Below, piece after piece: positions 1-8,524 of a stretch of 64,000 nucleotides of DNA. The notes under the pieces were generated by a model that ran no database searches, was not told where the DNA came from, and saw only the letters and a program-made list of their open reading frames with translations. The stretch spans positions 94,540-158,539 of the forward strand of contig JAHLWR010000008.1 of NCBI GenBank assembly GCA_019057815.1, written 5' to 3'. The first letter of the stretch is position 1. Each line of letters starts with the position of its first letter. Source of the stretch: Candidatus Heimdallarchaeota archaeon. GTDB lineage: Archaea > Asgardarchaeota > Heimdallarchaeia > Heimdallarchaeales > Heimdallarchaeaceae. Made by a program: the position numbers and the translations under genes.

Positions 1-1
1 T

Positions 2-610
2 AATAGGAAAGACGTTTTACGAGCTGCAAATGTGCATGCAAGAGCGTTCCATAATGATCCCTTAGTTTGTCTTATGTATCCTAATGATGAAGAAAGAAAA
101 AAACTATCTCCTTATCTTTGGAAATTTCTCATACTCGATGGTCTAAGATATGGTGAAGTTTATGCACCCACTAGCAAATTGGAAGGAGTTGCTAAATGGT
201 TACCGCCTAAAAGAGAACACATTGGAATTTGGCGTGCTATTAGAAGTGGAGCTCTTACCATGGTAATAAAAACGGCTAAACAAAAAGATGAGAGGAGAAT
301 TTCAATAAGAAAAATAGAAGAAATAACAGATTACATTACAGATATCCACAAAAAACTTGTATCTGAACCTCATTGGTATTTAGCATCTATTGGTGTAGAT
401 TCAGATAATCAAGGAAAGGGTTTTGGAAGTAAGCTAATGAAACCAATGTTAGAACGAATTGAGAGAGAGGGATATCTAGTATACCTAGAAACTAACCATG
501 AAGGAAATATTGACCTGTACAAGCACCTTGGCTTTGAAGTAACTGATGAATGTTTAGTACCAGAAACAAATATGAAGAACTGGGCTATGATAAAGTACCC
601 TAAGTCTTAA
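2..610 (+). CDS. GNAT-family N-acetyltransferase (5' end probably outside window)
   Basis: HWYLASIGV..QGKGFGSKL acetyl-CoA motif A and YLET..NIDLYKHLGF motif B; frame is open back to position 2. Confidence 0.85.
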   Translation, partial: NRKDVLRAANVHARAFHNDPLVCLMYPNDEERKKLSPYLWKFLILDGLRYGEVYAPTSKLEGVAKWLPPKREHIGIWRAIRSGALTMVIKTAKQKDERRISIRKIEEITDYITDIHKKLVSEPHWYLASIGVDSDNQGKGFGSKLMKPMLERIEREGYLVYLETNHEGNIDLYKHLGFEVTDECLVPETNMKNWAMIKYPKS

Positions 611-658
611 TATTCTGTTCATTCTATTTTAAACATTTTATCTTCTATTTTATTTTGT

Positions 659-1195
659 TTAACTTGTCTTCTTAAAAATCAAAATTCTCTTCGATTCTTC
701 AACAAACTCAAACTTACCATCTTTTGTAATTTCCTTAATTATTCTACCCTTAGATAGCCTTGATCTCTGTATTGAAATAATTCCTTCATCTTTTAAGATT
801 CTATGCATCTCAGCAACTACTTTGTCAATAAATTTTACTAGTGAATGAATAACACCAAAGAAGAATACTAAATCAATACTATTATCTTCTAAAGCTGATT
901 GGGTAACATCATCTAACAAGACTTTAACATTCTTGACTCCTGCATCTCTAATCTTCTGCTCGACTTTTTTTGCTGCAAAAGAATTAATATCAGTAGCGTA
1001 AACAAATCCTTCTTCCCCTACTATTCTAGCTGCGGGAAGAGTAAAGAAACCTGGACCACAACCTACTTCTAAAACATGCTGTCCTGATTTCAATCCTGCT
1101 GGAATAAGCAGTTTATTTGGTTTCATGAAAATACCATACATTTTATCATGTATGAAGGAGATAAAAGCAAATTCGATTCTATCATGTAAGGACAT
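659..1195 (-). CDS. class I SAM-dependent methyltransferase
   Basis: VLEVGCGPG motif I, YATDIN, SIDLVFF, HRILKDEG. Confidence 0.85.
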   Translation of the reverse strand: MSLHDRIEFAFISFIHDKMYGIFMKPNKLLIPAGLKSGQHVLEVGCGPGFFTLPAARIVGEEGFVYATDINSFAAKKVEQKIRDAGVKNVKVLLDDVTQSALEDNSIDLVFFFGVIHSLVKFIDKVVAEMHRILKDEGIISIQRSRLSKGRIIKEITKDGKFEFVEESKRILIFKKTS

Positions 1196-1546
1196 ATTTT
1201 ATCGAGATATTTTGTACATACATCAATAAAAATGCTCTTATTCGTTTTGAATCAATAAATTACATATACTAATATTAAGATGAGAAATTGTAAATCCTTT
1301 TAGAAATCTGCAATAAACAAAGAAAAAAAGATACAGTTATCACTGATAGTATAGTGTGATAAATACACTAAATAATTTTATAGGATAAATATCTACGTTG
1401 TACTTATGCTCTTTTAGATATAAGGAGAAATAAATTGCAGATAGAAAAAGATTATCTGTATAGTGCATTTACAGAAGATTGGTATATAGAACAGAAATTA
1501 ATTAACTCAAGATATATTTTATAAACTACATACATTTTTCTAAATT

Positions 1547-2440
1547 ATGGATCAAAATACTAATGATATGGAAAAAAAACTCGATAAAAATTTCCTTAAG
1601 TTGACATTGTTTTTTATATTGGCTTTCATTATTTCGTGGTCAATTTGGTTGCCAAATGTTTTATCATCTCGAGGAATAATAGACATACCTGAATGGTATG
1701 GTATAGCAAGTAATTTAGCAGTATTTGGTCCATTTATATCTGCATTTATTATAGTATTAAGTTTCGAAGGGAAAAAGGGTGCAAAGAATTTATTAAAGAA
1801 AGGTTGGAAAGTAGGTTTTAATAAAAAATGGTTTATTCCATTATTATTGCTACCATTTATTATTTCAGGTTTATCCTTTACCTTTGGAGTCTTAGTTACT
1901 GGAGACACTTGGTCAGCAGTTTATCAAGATTCCAGTTTTGCAAATTCTATGTTAACTATCCTAATCATGTTCTTTCTAGGAGGACCTTTAGGTGAAGAAT
2001 TCGGATGGAGAGGATTTGCATTAACAAGGCTTCAGAAGAAATGGAATGCTGTAATTTCAAGCTTAGTGCTCGGTTTAATATGGGGATTATGGCATCTTCC
2101 TTTACATTTTATAACAGGTTCAATTCAGGAATATATTCCAATCTGGGCTGGTATTGCTATGATAAGTGTGAGTTCTTTTATTTATACATGGTTCTACAAT
2201 AATACAGGAGAGAGTGTCCTCATAGCTATGTTATATCATTGGTTAAGTAATGCTGCAGCAATCTTAATACCTTACTGGCAAAAAGGAGATATATGGGGAG
2301 GATTTGACAATCTTCCAAATTATCTAATTCCGACAATTGGTATGCTCGTAGCTTTTGTTTTATCCACAATCATAGTAGCAGTCATTGTAAAAATCTGGGG
2401 ATCAACTAGCTTCCAAAAAAAGGAAATAACTGTATCTTGA
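1547..2440 (+). CDS. CPBP/Abi (type II CAAX protease, Rce1-like) intramembrane metalloprotease
   Basis: EEFGWRG, WGLWH, HWLSN motifs; multiple TM helices. Confidence 0.9.
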   Translation: MDQNTNDMEKKLDKNFLKLTLFFILAFIISWSIWLPNVLSSRGIIDIPEWYGIASNLAVFGPFISAFIIVLSFEGKKGAKNLLKKGWKVGFNKKWFIPLLLLPFIISGLSFTFGVLVTGDTWSAVYQDSSFANSMLTILIMFFLGGPLGEEFGWRGFALTRLQKKWNAVISSLVLGLIWGLWHLPLHFITGSIQEYIPIWAGIAMISVSSFIYTWFYNNTGESVLIAMLYHWLSNAAAILIPYWQKGDIWGGFDNLPNYLIPTIGMLVAFVLSTIIVAVIVKIWGSTSFQKKEITVS

Positions 2441-2574
2441 TTTACTAAAAACAATTATTATATTCGCATCTTTGTGATTACTTGAATCTAGTTGAGAAAA
2501 TTGTAAACATTTTTATAAATCCGCAAAAAATAATGAAAAAATATACAGTAATTGCTGAATAATAGGTTATTCCT

Positions 2575-3669
2575 ATGATTAAACAACCAGAATCAAATTA
2601 TGAAATCGAACAATTTACTTTAAAAAAGGAAAACTTCAGTAATTTATCAAAGTTAATTACTGGGGCATTCCTAAACGATTCAACAGCACTAGTGGAAGGA
2701 GCAAGTGTTGCATTCACTGAAGAGACATTTAATACAATTTTTGGTGCTCCATCAGTTGATAGAAAACTCTTCATTAGAGCAATATTCAAACCAACTAATC
2801 AAATTGTAGGATTTTTAGGTTCAATTCCTCGAGACTTGAAAATAGAAGGAAAAGTATACAAATTTGCGATCCCTGCTTGGTTAAGTGTTCATTCAAAACA
2901 CCAAAGAAAAGGAATAGCTAAATTAATGGGAAAGAAGCTTTTTGAAATCGGTAAAGCAGCTGGTTATGATGGAGGTTTTTCGCTTCATGAACCAGAACAA
3001 CATGGTATAGATATTTCCAAAATTGTTGCACTAGAAGAAGACATACCTTTAGAAAGACTTGTAGCGCTTGATAAATTCATTGTTCGTGTTTTCGATGCTG
3101 AGAAAATAGCTTCTGTTGTGAAGATAAAATGGTACGAAAAACTATTATTCAAATTGCTTCAAAGCGTAAAGGGAGTGAATAATCCTAGAGTAAGAAAATA
3201 CAACTCAGAAGATATTGACCATATGTTAGAAATAATAAAAGAACAGGTTGATAAAAACCAAATAGCTATAGTACCTAACGCAGAAGATTTAGAATGGATT
3301 TTGGGAAACCCTAATGTTAACTGTGTAGTTCACGAAAATGAGGAAGGCAATGTAGATGGATTTATTTTAGTTTGGGAATTTAACTTAGCAGGTTTTGGCA
3401 ATAAAATCCCTTTTGGTTGGTTAGATATGATTCATATACATCGACTATCATTGAAGGAAGCAAGAGATTTATGTAAACTCATCTGTATCACTTCTAAACA
3501 AAAGGGTTGGGCAGGATTACAAACACCATATATTCCATACTTCGATTCCAAACCTTTTAAGAAAGCAAAATTCATTTTCTTCCCCAAAAAAATATCGATT
3601 GATATTTTCAATTTAAAGAACATTCCATTGCCTAAAAATGTTCAAGGTTTCTATTTTGACTGGAGGTAA
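2575..3669 (+). CDS. tandem-GNAT acyltransferase resembling eukaryotic glycylpeptide N-myristoyltransferase (NMT-like)
   Basis: IVGFLGSIP..WLSVHSKHQRKGIAKLM in the N-half, VVHENEEGNVDGFI in the C-half and a C-terminal tail parallel NMT segments (see findings). Confidence 0.65.
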   Translation: MIKQPESNYEIEQFTLKKENFSNLSKLITGAFLNDSTALVEGASVAFTEETFNTIFGAPSVDRKLFIRAIFKPTNQIVGFLGSIPRDLKIEGKVYKFAIPAWLSVHSKHQRKGIAKLMGKKLFEIGKAAGYDGGFSLHEPEQHGIDISKIVALEEDIPLERLVALDKFIVRVFDAEKIASVVKIKWYEKLLFKLLQSVKGVNNPRVRKYNSEDIDHMLEIIKEQVDKNQIAIVPNAEDLEWILGNPNVNCVVHENEEGNVDGFILVWEFNLAGFGNKIPFGWLDMIHIHRLSLKEARDLCKLICITSKQKGWAGLQTPYIPYFDSKPFKKAKFIFFPKKISIDIFNLKNIPLPKNVQGFYFDWR

Positions 3670-3727
3670 GAGAGAAAGCATTTTTAAACAGTCTAGTGTT
3701 TTCTTTAAAATTAACTGAGTATCTTTT

Positions 3728-4606
3728 TTATTTTATTTCTTCCCATTGCTCTAATATGTAATAAACAAAACCTACAGCTAAGTCTAGAACGATTTTGTTT
3801 GATCTAGTAAATCTTGCTTCGACAATGTCAACATATTTCGCTTTTGGTAGGATTAGAGAGAGAATTTCAAGCACGAGTTGAGGTGTTAAGCCAAAAGGTT
3901 CTGATGTTGCTAAAGTAGGAACATAAGAATGATCTAAAACATCTAAATCTATACTAAGATAAATTCTTTCGAATTTGGAGATATACTCTTCTATGAATTT
4001 TAGTCCTTCTTTAGAATTTGTTAGTAGCTGTTGAGCTGACAGAAACATCACTTCTTTTGATTGGATTTTTTCATATTCTCCTAATGTTTGAGTATACGCA
4101 TGTCCTCCGATTAGTAACATTTGTTCACTTTTAAGATTTTTTTTTGCCTTTAAATTTGTAAAAACTGTCCCATGAGACTGAAAAACACCTTCTGGATATT
4201 CATCAGCTAAGTCAGCATGAGCATCTAACCAGATTACAGCTGTTTTATCGTCATAGTCAGCTTTTGAGAGAGTATCAAAGGTAATACTATGATCTCCTCC
4301 CAACACAATTAATTTAGCATCAAGTTCATAGATTTTTTCCCATATTTGGCCTATTTTTTTCTTTTCTTTTATTGGGTGAATATCACCTAGATCGAAATAA
4401 TCAGATTCGCTTATAGATGCACCATAAACAGCAGAAACACCAGAAAACTCTTCAGATTGTCTTCTTATAGCTTTAGGTCCTTTCCTTGAACCGCCCTTTG
4501 TGGTTTTAACCCTTTCAAATGGAATACCATATAAGAAAACGACATTCTTTTTGTTACATTCATCGAGATCGTTTAGAGTAAAGAATCCAGAAAAAGTTGG
4601 TTTCAT
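3728..4606 (-). CDS. speB: agmatinase/arginase-family ureohydrolase
   Basis: GGDHSIT, DAHADL, SHGT, SIDLDVLD metal-binding motifs. Confidence 0.8.
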   Translation of the reverse strand: MKPTFSGFFTLNDLDECNKKNVVFLYGIPFERVKTTKGGSRKGPKAIRRQSEEFSGVSAVYGASISESDYFDLGDIHPIKEKKKIGQIWEKIYELDAKLIVLGGDHSITFDTLSKADYDDKTAVIWLDAHADLADEYPEGVFQSHGTVFTNLKAKKNLKSEQMLLIGGHAYTQTLGEYEKIQSKEVMFLSAQQLLTNSKEGLKFIEEYISKFERIYLSIDLDVLDHSYVPTLATSEPFGLTPQLVLEILSLILPKAKYVDIVEARFTRSNKIVLDLAVGFVYYILEQWEEIK

Positions 4607-4683
4607 TATCAGTTTCTCCTCATTTCTGTCAAAATATGTTCAGTTTCCCAAACAAATCAATAAAATTGTTAAGAAGACAAGAA

Positions 4684-5292
4684 TCACTTCTTTACAATGT
4701 ATTCAATATATCCATCAGTGTAATGTTTAGAACCATTGTTAACTGTAAATGTTCGCTTTTCTTTGAAGATTATCGTAGTATCTTTGAAATAACTATCTGG
4801 TTCGTTATCACTATAAATAGAATGTATGACATCTTCGTCTTCAATTTTCATCCAGAATTCTCCAGGATCTTTTTCTTCTCCCAGATCAGTTCTCCCCTCA
4901 ATATTCAGGATAAAATTGATGTAAAGAAGTCCATCTTTCTTCAGAACTCTCAGCATTTCCTTAATAGCTTCTTCAGTATCTCTCTTAGTTAGGTGAATAC
5001 TGGAATTATAAGTGAAAACGCACCCAAAAGATTCGTTTTGAAAGGGAAGATTTCTCATATCAGCTTTTTTAATGTCAAGTTCCATCTCGTAAACTTCTTC
5101 AAAACCTTTAGCTAACTTAATTTGTTCATCAGAAATATCAATGCCTGTCGCTTTAAAACCGTGCAAATAAAATAATGCTAATGGTGGTCTTTTTCCACCA
5201 GCTCCACAGTCTAATACAGTCTTTTCAACATTTTGTTCTTTAGCAATTTTAAGAAATTTATATAACGATGTGGGATATATTACAAAACTCAT
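4684..5292 (-). CDS. class I SAM-dependent methyltransferase
   Basis: VLDCGAGG, GIDIS, ADMRNLPF, RVLKKDG. Confidence 0.85.
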   Translation of the reverse strand: MSFVIYPTSLYKFLKIAKEQNVEKTVLDCGAGGKRPPLALFYLHGFKATGIDISDEQIKLAKGFEEVYEMELDIKKADMRNLPFQNESFGCVFTYNSSIHLTKRDTEEAIKEMLRVLKKDGLLYINFILNIEGRTDLGEEKDPGEFWMKIEDEDVIHSIYSDNEPDSYFKDTTIIFKEKRTFTVNNGSKHYTDGYIEYIVKK

Positions 5293-5398
5293 CGTGAATG
5301 TGGTTGATATTTATACTAAAAAACATATCGAAATTGTCTTTAAAGAATGAAATTTATCGGAAAAAATCACAAAAAAAAATAGAATAGGTAATGTAATC

Positions 5399-6337
5399 TT
5401 AACTTTTTAGGCATTCATCCAGTTCTTTCTTTAATGAATCAGCTTCCATTATAATATTGAGAGTACGCATTACATCCATTATCATTTGAAAATCTTTGAA
5501 AGAGCTATCTTTTATTAACCTAGAGAGTTCATTATTACTTTCTTTTGCCATTTCTAGGAATTTTTCTCCAGTATCATCTTCAATACGTCTCAGTAGCTTC
5601 CCTAAACATTTTACAGGAAGAGTTTTATTATGTGTTAAAGTAAAAACCTTAGAAATAATTTCTAATTGTTTTTTAGCCTCATCACAAGTCCACCAGCTTT
5701 TGTCCTCAATTTGTAGTAGAAATATTTTTGCTGCTCGACAGAATAGGGTTTCTGTTGCTGTTTTACCAAAAACCACACGTTGTCCAGCTTGAGCTATTAA
5801 ACCTTGTTTAGTTAAATCTTTCAGATAACGGTAAATAGTCTTATCTGAACGCTTGTGCTTTTCAATTAAAAATGATTTAGCTTGTGTTTTTAGTTTAATA
5901 TTATCCTCTTTACTAAAACTCTTCTTCTTCTTAACTTTCTCTTTTAAATCGGAAACAAAACTTTGAAATTTAATCTGTTTTTCAAGAAATTTATACGCTT
6001 CTTCATCACTTTTAGAGATCTTTAATTCTTTCTTTTTTTCCTCAAGTTTAAATAGTTCTTTTGCAGTTAAACTAACTTTCCTTAAGATAGTAAGAATACT
6101 TTCTTCAGATGACTCTTTAAAAATATCTTTATCCAATTTTCTTTCAATTTCAGGTCCAACTATCTTCTCTACTATTAGGTTGGCGTGCTCGGTTATTTCT
6201 TTGACAGTTAAAGGTCCAGATCTTAGAGCACTCAAAACTGAGTTATATCCTTTCTCTCTAAAAAGAGCTATTTTCTCTTTATCTGTTATTACTCGTACAG
6301 CTTCTTGCTCATATTCTACTAAGTCTTGATAACTCAT
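5399..6337 (-). CDS. ArsR-like winged-helix transcription regulator with large internal insertion
   Basis: LRSGPLTVKEI ... SDKTIYRYLKDLTKQGLI..G wHTH elements; ATG at 6337 preferred over the GTG at 6373. Confidence 0.65.
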   Translation of the reverse strand: MSYQDLVEYEQEAVRVITDKEKIALFREKGYNSVLSALRSGPLTVKEITEHANLIVEKIVGPEIERKLDKDIFKESSEESILTILRKVSLTAKELFKLEEKKKELKISKSDEEAYKFLEKQIKFQSFVSDLKEKVKKKKSFSKEDNIKLKTQAKSFLIEKHKRSDKTIYRYLKDLTKQGLIAQAGQRVVFGKTATETLFCRAAKIFLLQIEDKSWWTCDEAKKQLEIISKVFTLTHNKTLPVKCLGKLLRRIEDDTGEKFLEMAKESNNELSRLIKDSSFKDFQMIMDVMRTLNIIMEADSLKKELDECLKS

Positions 6338-6428
6338 CACTATTCCATCTCTACCTAATAATATTATATTCACAGAGCATTATAAATATTTCTATGGGAC
6401 TAAGAGTTCTTTCGCAGTTACAAATATC

Positions 6429-6478
6429 TTTATATATGGATGAGAGAATGTATTCTCAACACATGAGAATGTGTTCAT
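6429..6478 (+). promoter_or_regulatory. TATA box followed by palindromic operator-like sites
   Basis: TTTATATA 6429-6436; GAGAAT-GT-ATTCTC 6444-6457; GAGAATGT repeated at 6465; AACACAT-GAGA-ATGTGTT 6458-6475. Confidence 0.5.
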
Positions 6479-6492
6479 GAAGGTGTTGAAAA

Positions 6493-6606
6493 ATGAAGAA
6501 AACAGTCAGCAAACAAAAAGAAAAAAGGATAAAAAAATATGGGTTGCAGGAATTAAGAACCCGTATAGAGACCAGAATGGCAGAATATCGGCTAATGAAT
6601 TATTAA
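6493..6606 (+). CDS. small basic protein, 37 aa (MKKTVSKQKEKRIKKYGLQELRTRIETRMAEYRLMNY), not in ORF track
   Basis: ATG preceded by GAAGGTG Shine-Dalgarno-like sequence and a TATA box; ends just before the RBS (AAGGAG) of the next ORF. Confidence 0.45.
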   Translation: MKKTVSKQKEKRIKKYGLQELRTRIETRMAEYRLMNY

Positions 6607-6633
6607 CTAATACTAAAAAGGAGTTGGTAAAAT

Positions 6634-6885
6634 ATGTTAAAAATAGAATTAAAAAGTGAATTTATTAAAGCTTTCAAAAACTTACAGCAAATAAAAAATA
6701 TTGAATTTACTGAGGAAGAAAGTATTAACAGATTGTTAACTCAAGTTGCTGAAACACTCGTTCATCAGAGTGTTGATCATGATTCCACCTTTGAATGCAG
6801 AAAGTACAAGAATTATTTACTTAAAACTCAAATCCAAAAAGAGAGAATCAAAGCTCTAGAATTAGCAATCTTACATACAGGTTGA
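6634..6885 (+). CDS. small hypothetical protein, 83 aa
   Basis: AAGGAG RBS upstream, T-rich tract downstream. Confidence 0.55.
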   Translation: MLKIELKSEFIKAFKNLQQIKNIEFTEEESINRLLTQVAETLVHQSVDHDSTFECRKYKNYLLKTQIQKERIKALELAILHTG

Positions 6886-6895
6886 ATCGTTAAAT

Positions 6896-6955
6896 AATTC
6901 TCTTCCTCTCTTTCTTTCTTATCTTAACTTATATTCTCTTTTTAGTTTTTTTTCA
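6896..6955 (+). terminator. pyrimidine/oligo-T archaeal-type terminator
   Basis: long T/C tract ending in a T run right after the 6885 stop. Confidence 0.4.
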
Positions 6956-7037
6956 AATGTTTTAACCCAGAATTGTTCTTGTATCCTTACACTTTAGTAC
7001 AAAATTCTGTTTGTATTTCTAGCAATGTTTTAAAATA

Positions 7038-8249
7038 GTGACAAGGCTTTCCAAATTAATAATGAGCTCCACTACTAGATTTGGGATAGCTTTTGCATAC
7101 CCTAGTGACGAAATATTCTTAGATTCAGCAACATACGGTAAAATGCCTGTTTCATCTATAGAAAAAATGACAGACACTTACACAAAGGGATTAGTTGCCA
7201 CTAAAGCCATGTACCAAGAAGCTAGCAAAGCAAATGCGAAATTGGAGAGTTGTAGAAAAACTCTTTCGACTATTTTCCATACTGAATCTTCGCAGATCTC
7301 ATTTCTACCTTCAAAAGAATCTGCTATTATAAACCTTCTACACTCATTTAATTGGACTGATAAAGGTAAAATTATCACTAGTGTATTAGAAGACCATTCT
7401 CTTTTAGCACCTTTAATAAATATCAACAACCTACATGGTAACGAAATTGACTATCTTAGCTTAAAAGATGAGGAAAATCTGCTGGATGCCCTCAGCGAGA
7501 AATTTACTTCCAATACAGATGTGGTTTTACTTTCTTCTTTGACTCCAACTATTGGAACAAACAGAGAATGGGGAAAGATATCTAAAATCTGTAAAGAAAA
7601 CGATGCAATTTTCATTCTAGATATTAGCAATTCAGTTGGTCATGAACATATTCTGTTGGATAACGATTCCCCCGATATTGCTGTTGCAACGGGAATTTCA
7701 GGAGCGCTTGGTCCGCAAGGCATAGCTTTTCAGATTTTGTCAAAAGAAATCAACGAGCAAGTAGACCCAATTTTGGTAGGCGGAACATCCGTTTTAGCAT
7801 TAGAGGAAACGATGTATCACTTGAGTTCAAATGCACAGAAATACGAAGCAGGAATCATCAATTTAGCGGGTATCATAGGACTTACAAACAGTTTAGAAAT
7901 ACTCTCAGATTTTGGATTTAACAAGATTGAAAAGCATGAAAAGAGACTTCATACTATTATAAGAGAAAAACTCAGAGATTTACCCAATGTTGATTTATAT
8001 GAAATAGAACAAACTGATTTCAAAACAATAACAACTTTTGGAAGTAGGGAGGTAAATGCCCATGATATCGCTCTTGCTATGGAAGATAAAAAAGGAATTA
8101 GAGTTCTAAGTGGAGCACTGTGCGCCCACCTCTTCATATATGATCTGCCTTATAATTCTGTGATACGATTATCAACTCATCTATACAATACAGAAGAAGA
8201 AGTTAAAGTATTTCTGGAAACGTTTGAGGAATTAATGAATCAACTTTAA
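7038..8249 (+). CDS. aminotransferase class V / SufS-like protein lacking the canonical PLP lysine
   Basis: FLDSAT, LEDHS, LGPQG, YEAG..N, SGALCAH, RLSTHLYNT; SGHK position reads TGIS. Confidence 0.75.
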   Translation: MTRLSKLIMSSTTRFGIAFAYPSDEIFLDSATYGKMPVSSIEKMTDTYTKGLVATKAMYQEASKANAKLESCRKTLSTIFHTESSQISFLPSKESAIINLLHSFNWTDKGKIITSVLEDHSLLAPLININNLHGNEIDYLSLKDEENLLDALSEKFTSNTDVVLLSSLTPTIGTNREWGKISKICKENDAIFILDISNSVGHEHILLDNDSPDIAVATGISGALGPQGIAFQILSKEINEQVDPILVGGTSVLALEETMYHLSSNAQKYEAGIINLAGIIGLTNSLEILSDFGFNKIEKHEKRLHTIIREKLRDLPNVDLYEIEQTDFKTITTFGSREVNAHDIALAMEDKKGIRVLSGALCAHLFIYDLPYNSVIRLSTHLYNTEEEVKVFLETFEELMNQL

Positions 8250-8353
8250 TATGTTAATATTCGTCTAAATTCCTTCGATTGGTCAAAAAAGAGAGAATTT
8301 ATAAGTATTAGATATTTTTAATGGAATAGCATAAAATTGAGGTGTTTGTTTAC

Positions 8354-8422
8354 ATGAGAATCAATTCTGTGAAAGAAATTTTTGTTATAGATGAAAGTAA
8401 ACAAGCGCGGAAGAGTGTCTAA
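8354..8422 (+). CDS. putative leader peptide, 22 aa (MRINSVKEIFVIDESKQARKSV)
   Basis: GAGGTG RBS directly upstream; sits in the leader of the large GNAT gene. Confidence 0.4.
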   Translation: MRINSVKEIFVIDESKQARKSV

Positions 8423-8524
8423 TTCTAAGAACTCACTTCATTCTGTTTGTTTTTAACAAAACTTACATTTTCTTTCAATGTCTCTAATAAAACTACCATT
8501 AACAAGAAAAGATGTGAAAACAAA

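Noticed and set aside
6471-6659. 62-aa ORF from the ORF track
   Set aside because: Its GTG start lies inside the operator-like palindromes and it overlaps the next gene. The RBS-led 6493-6606 frame is more plausible.
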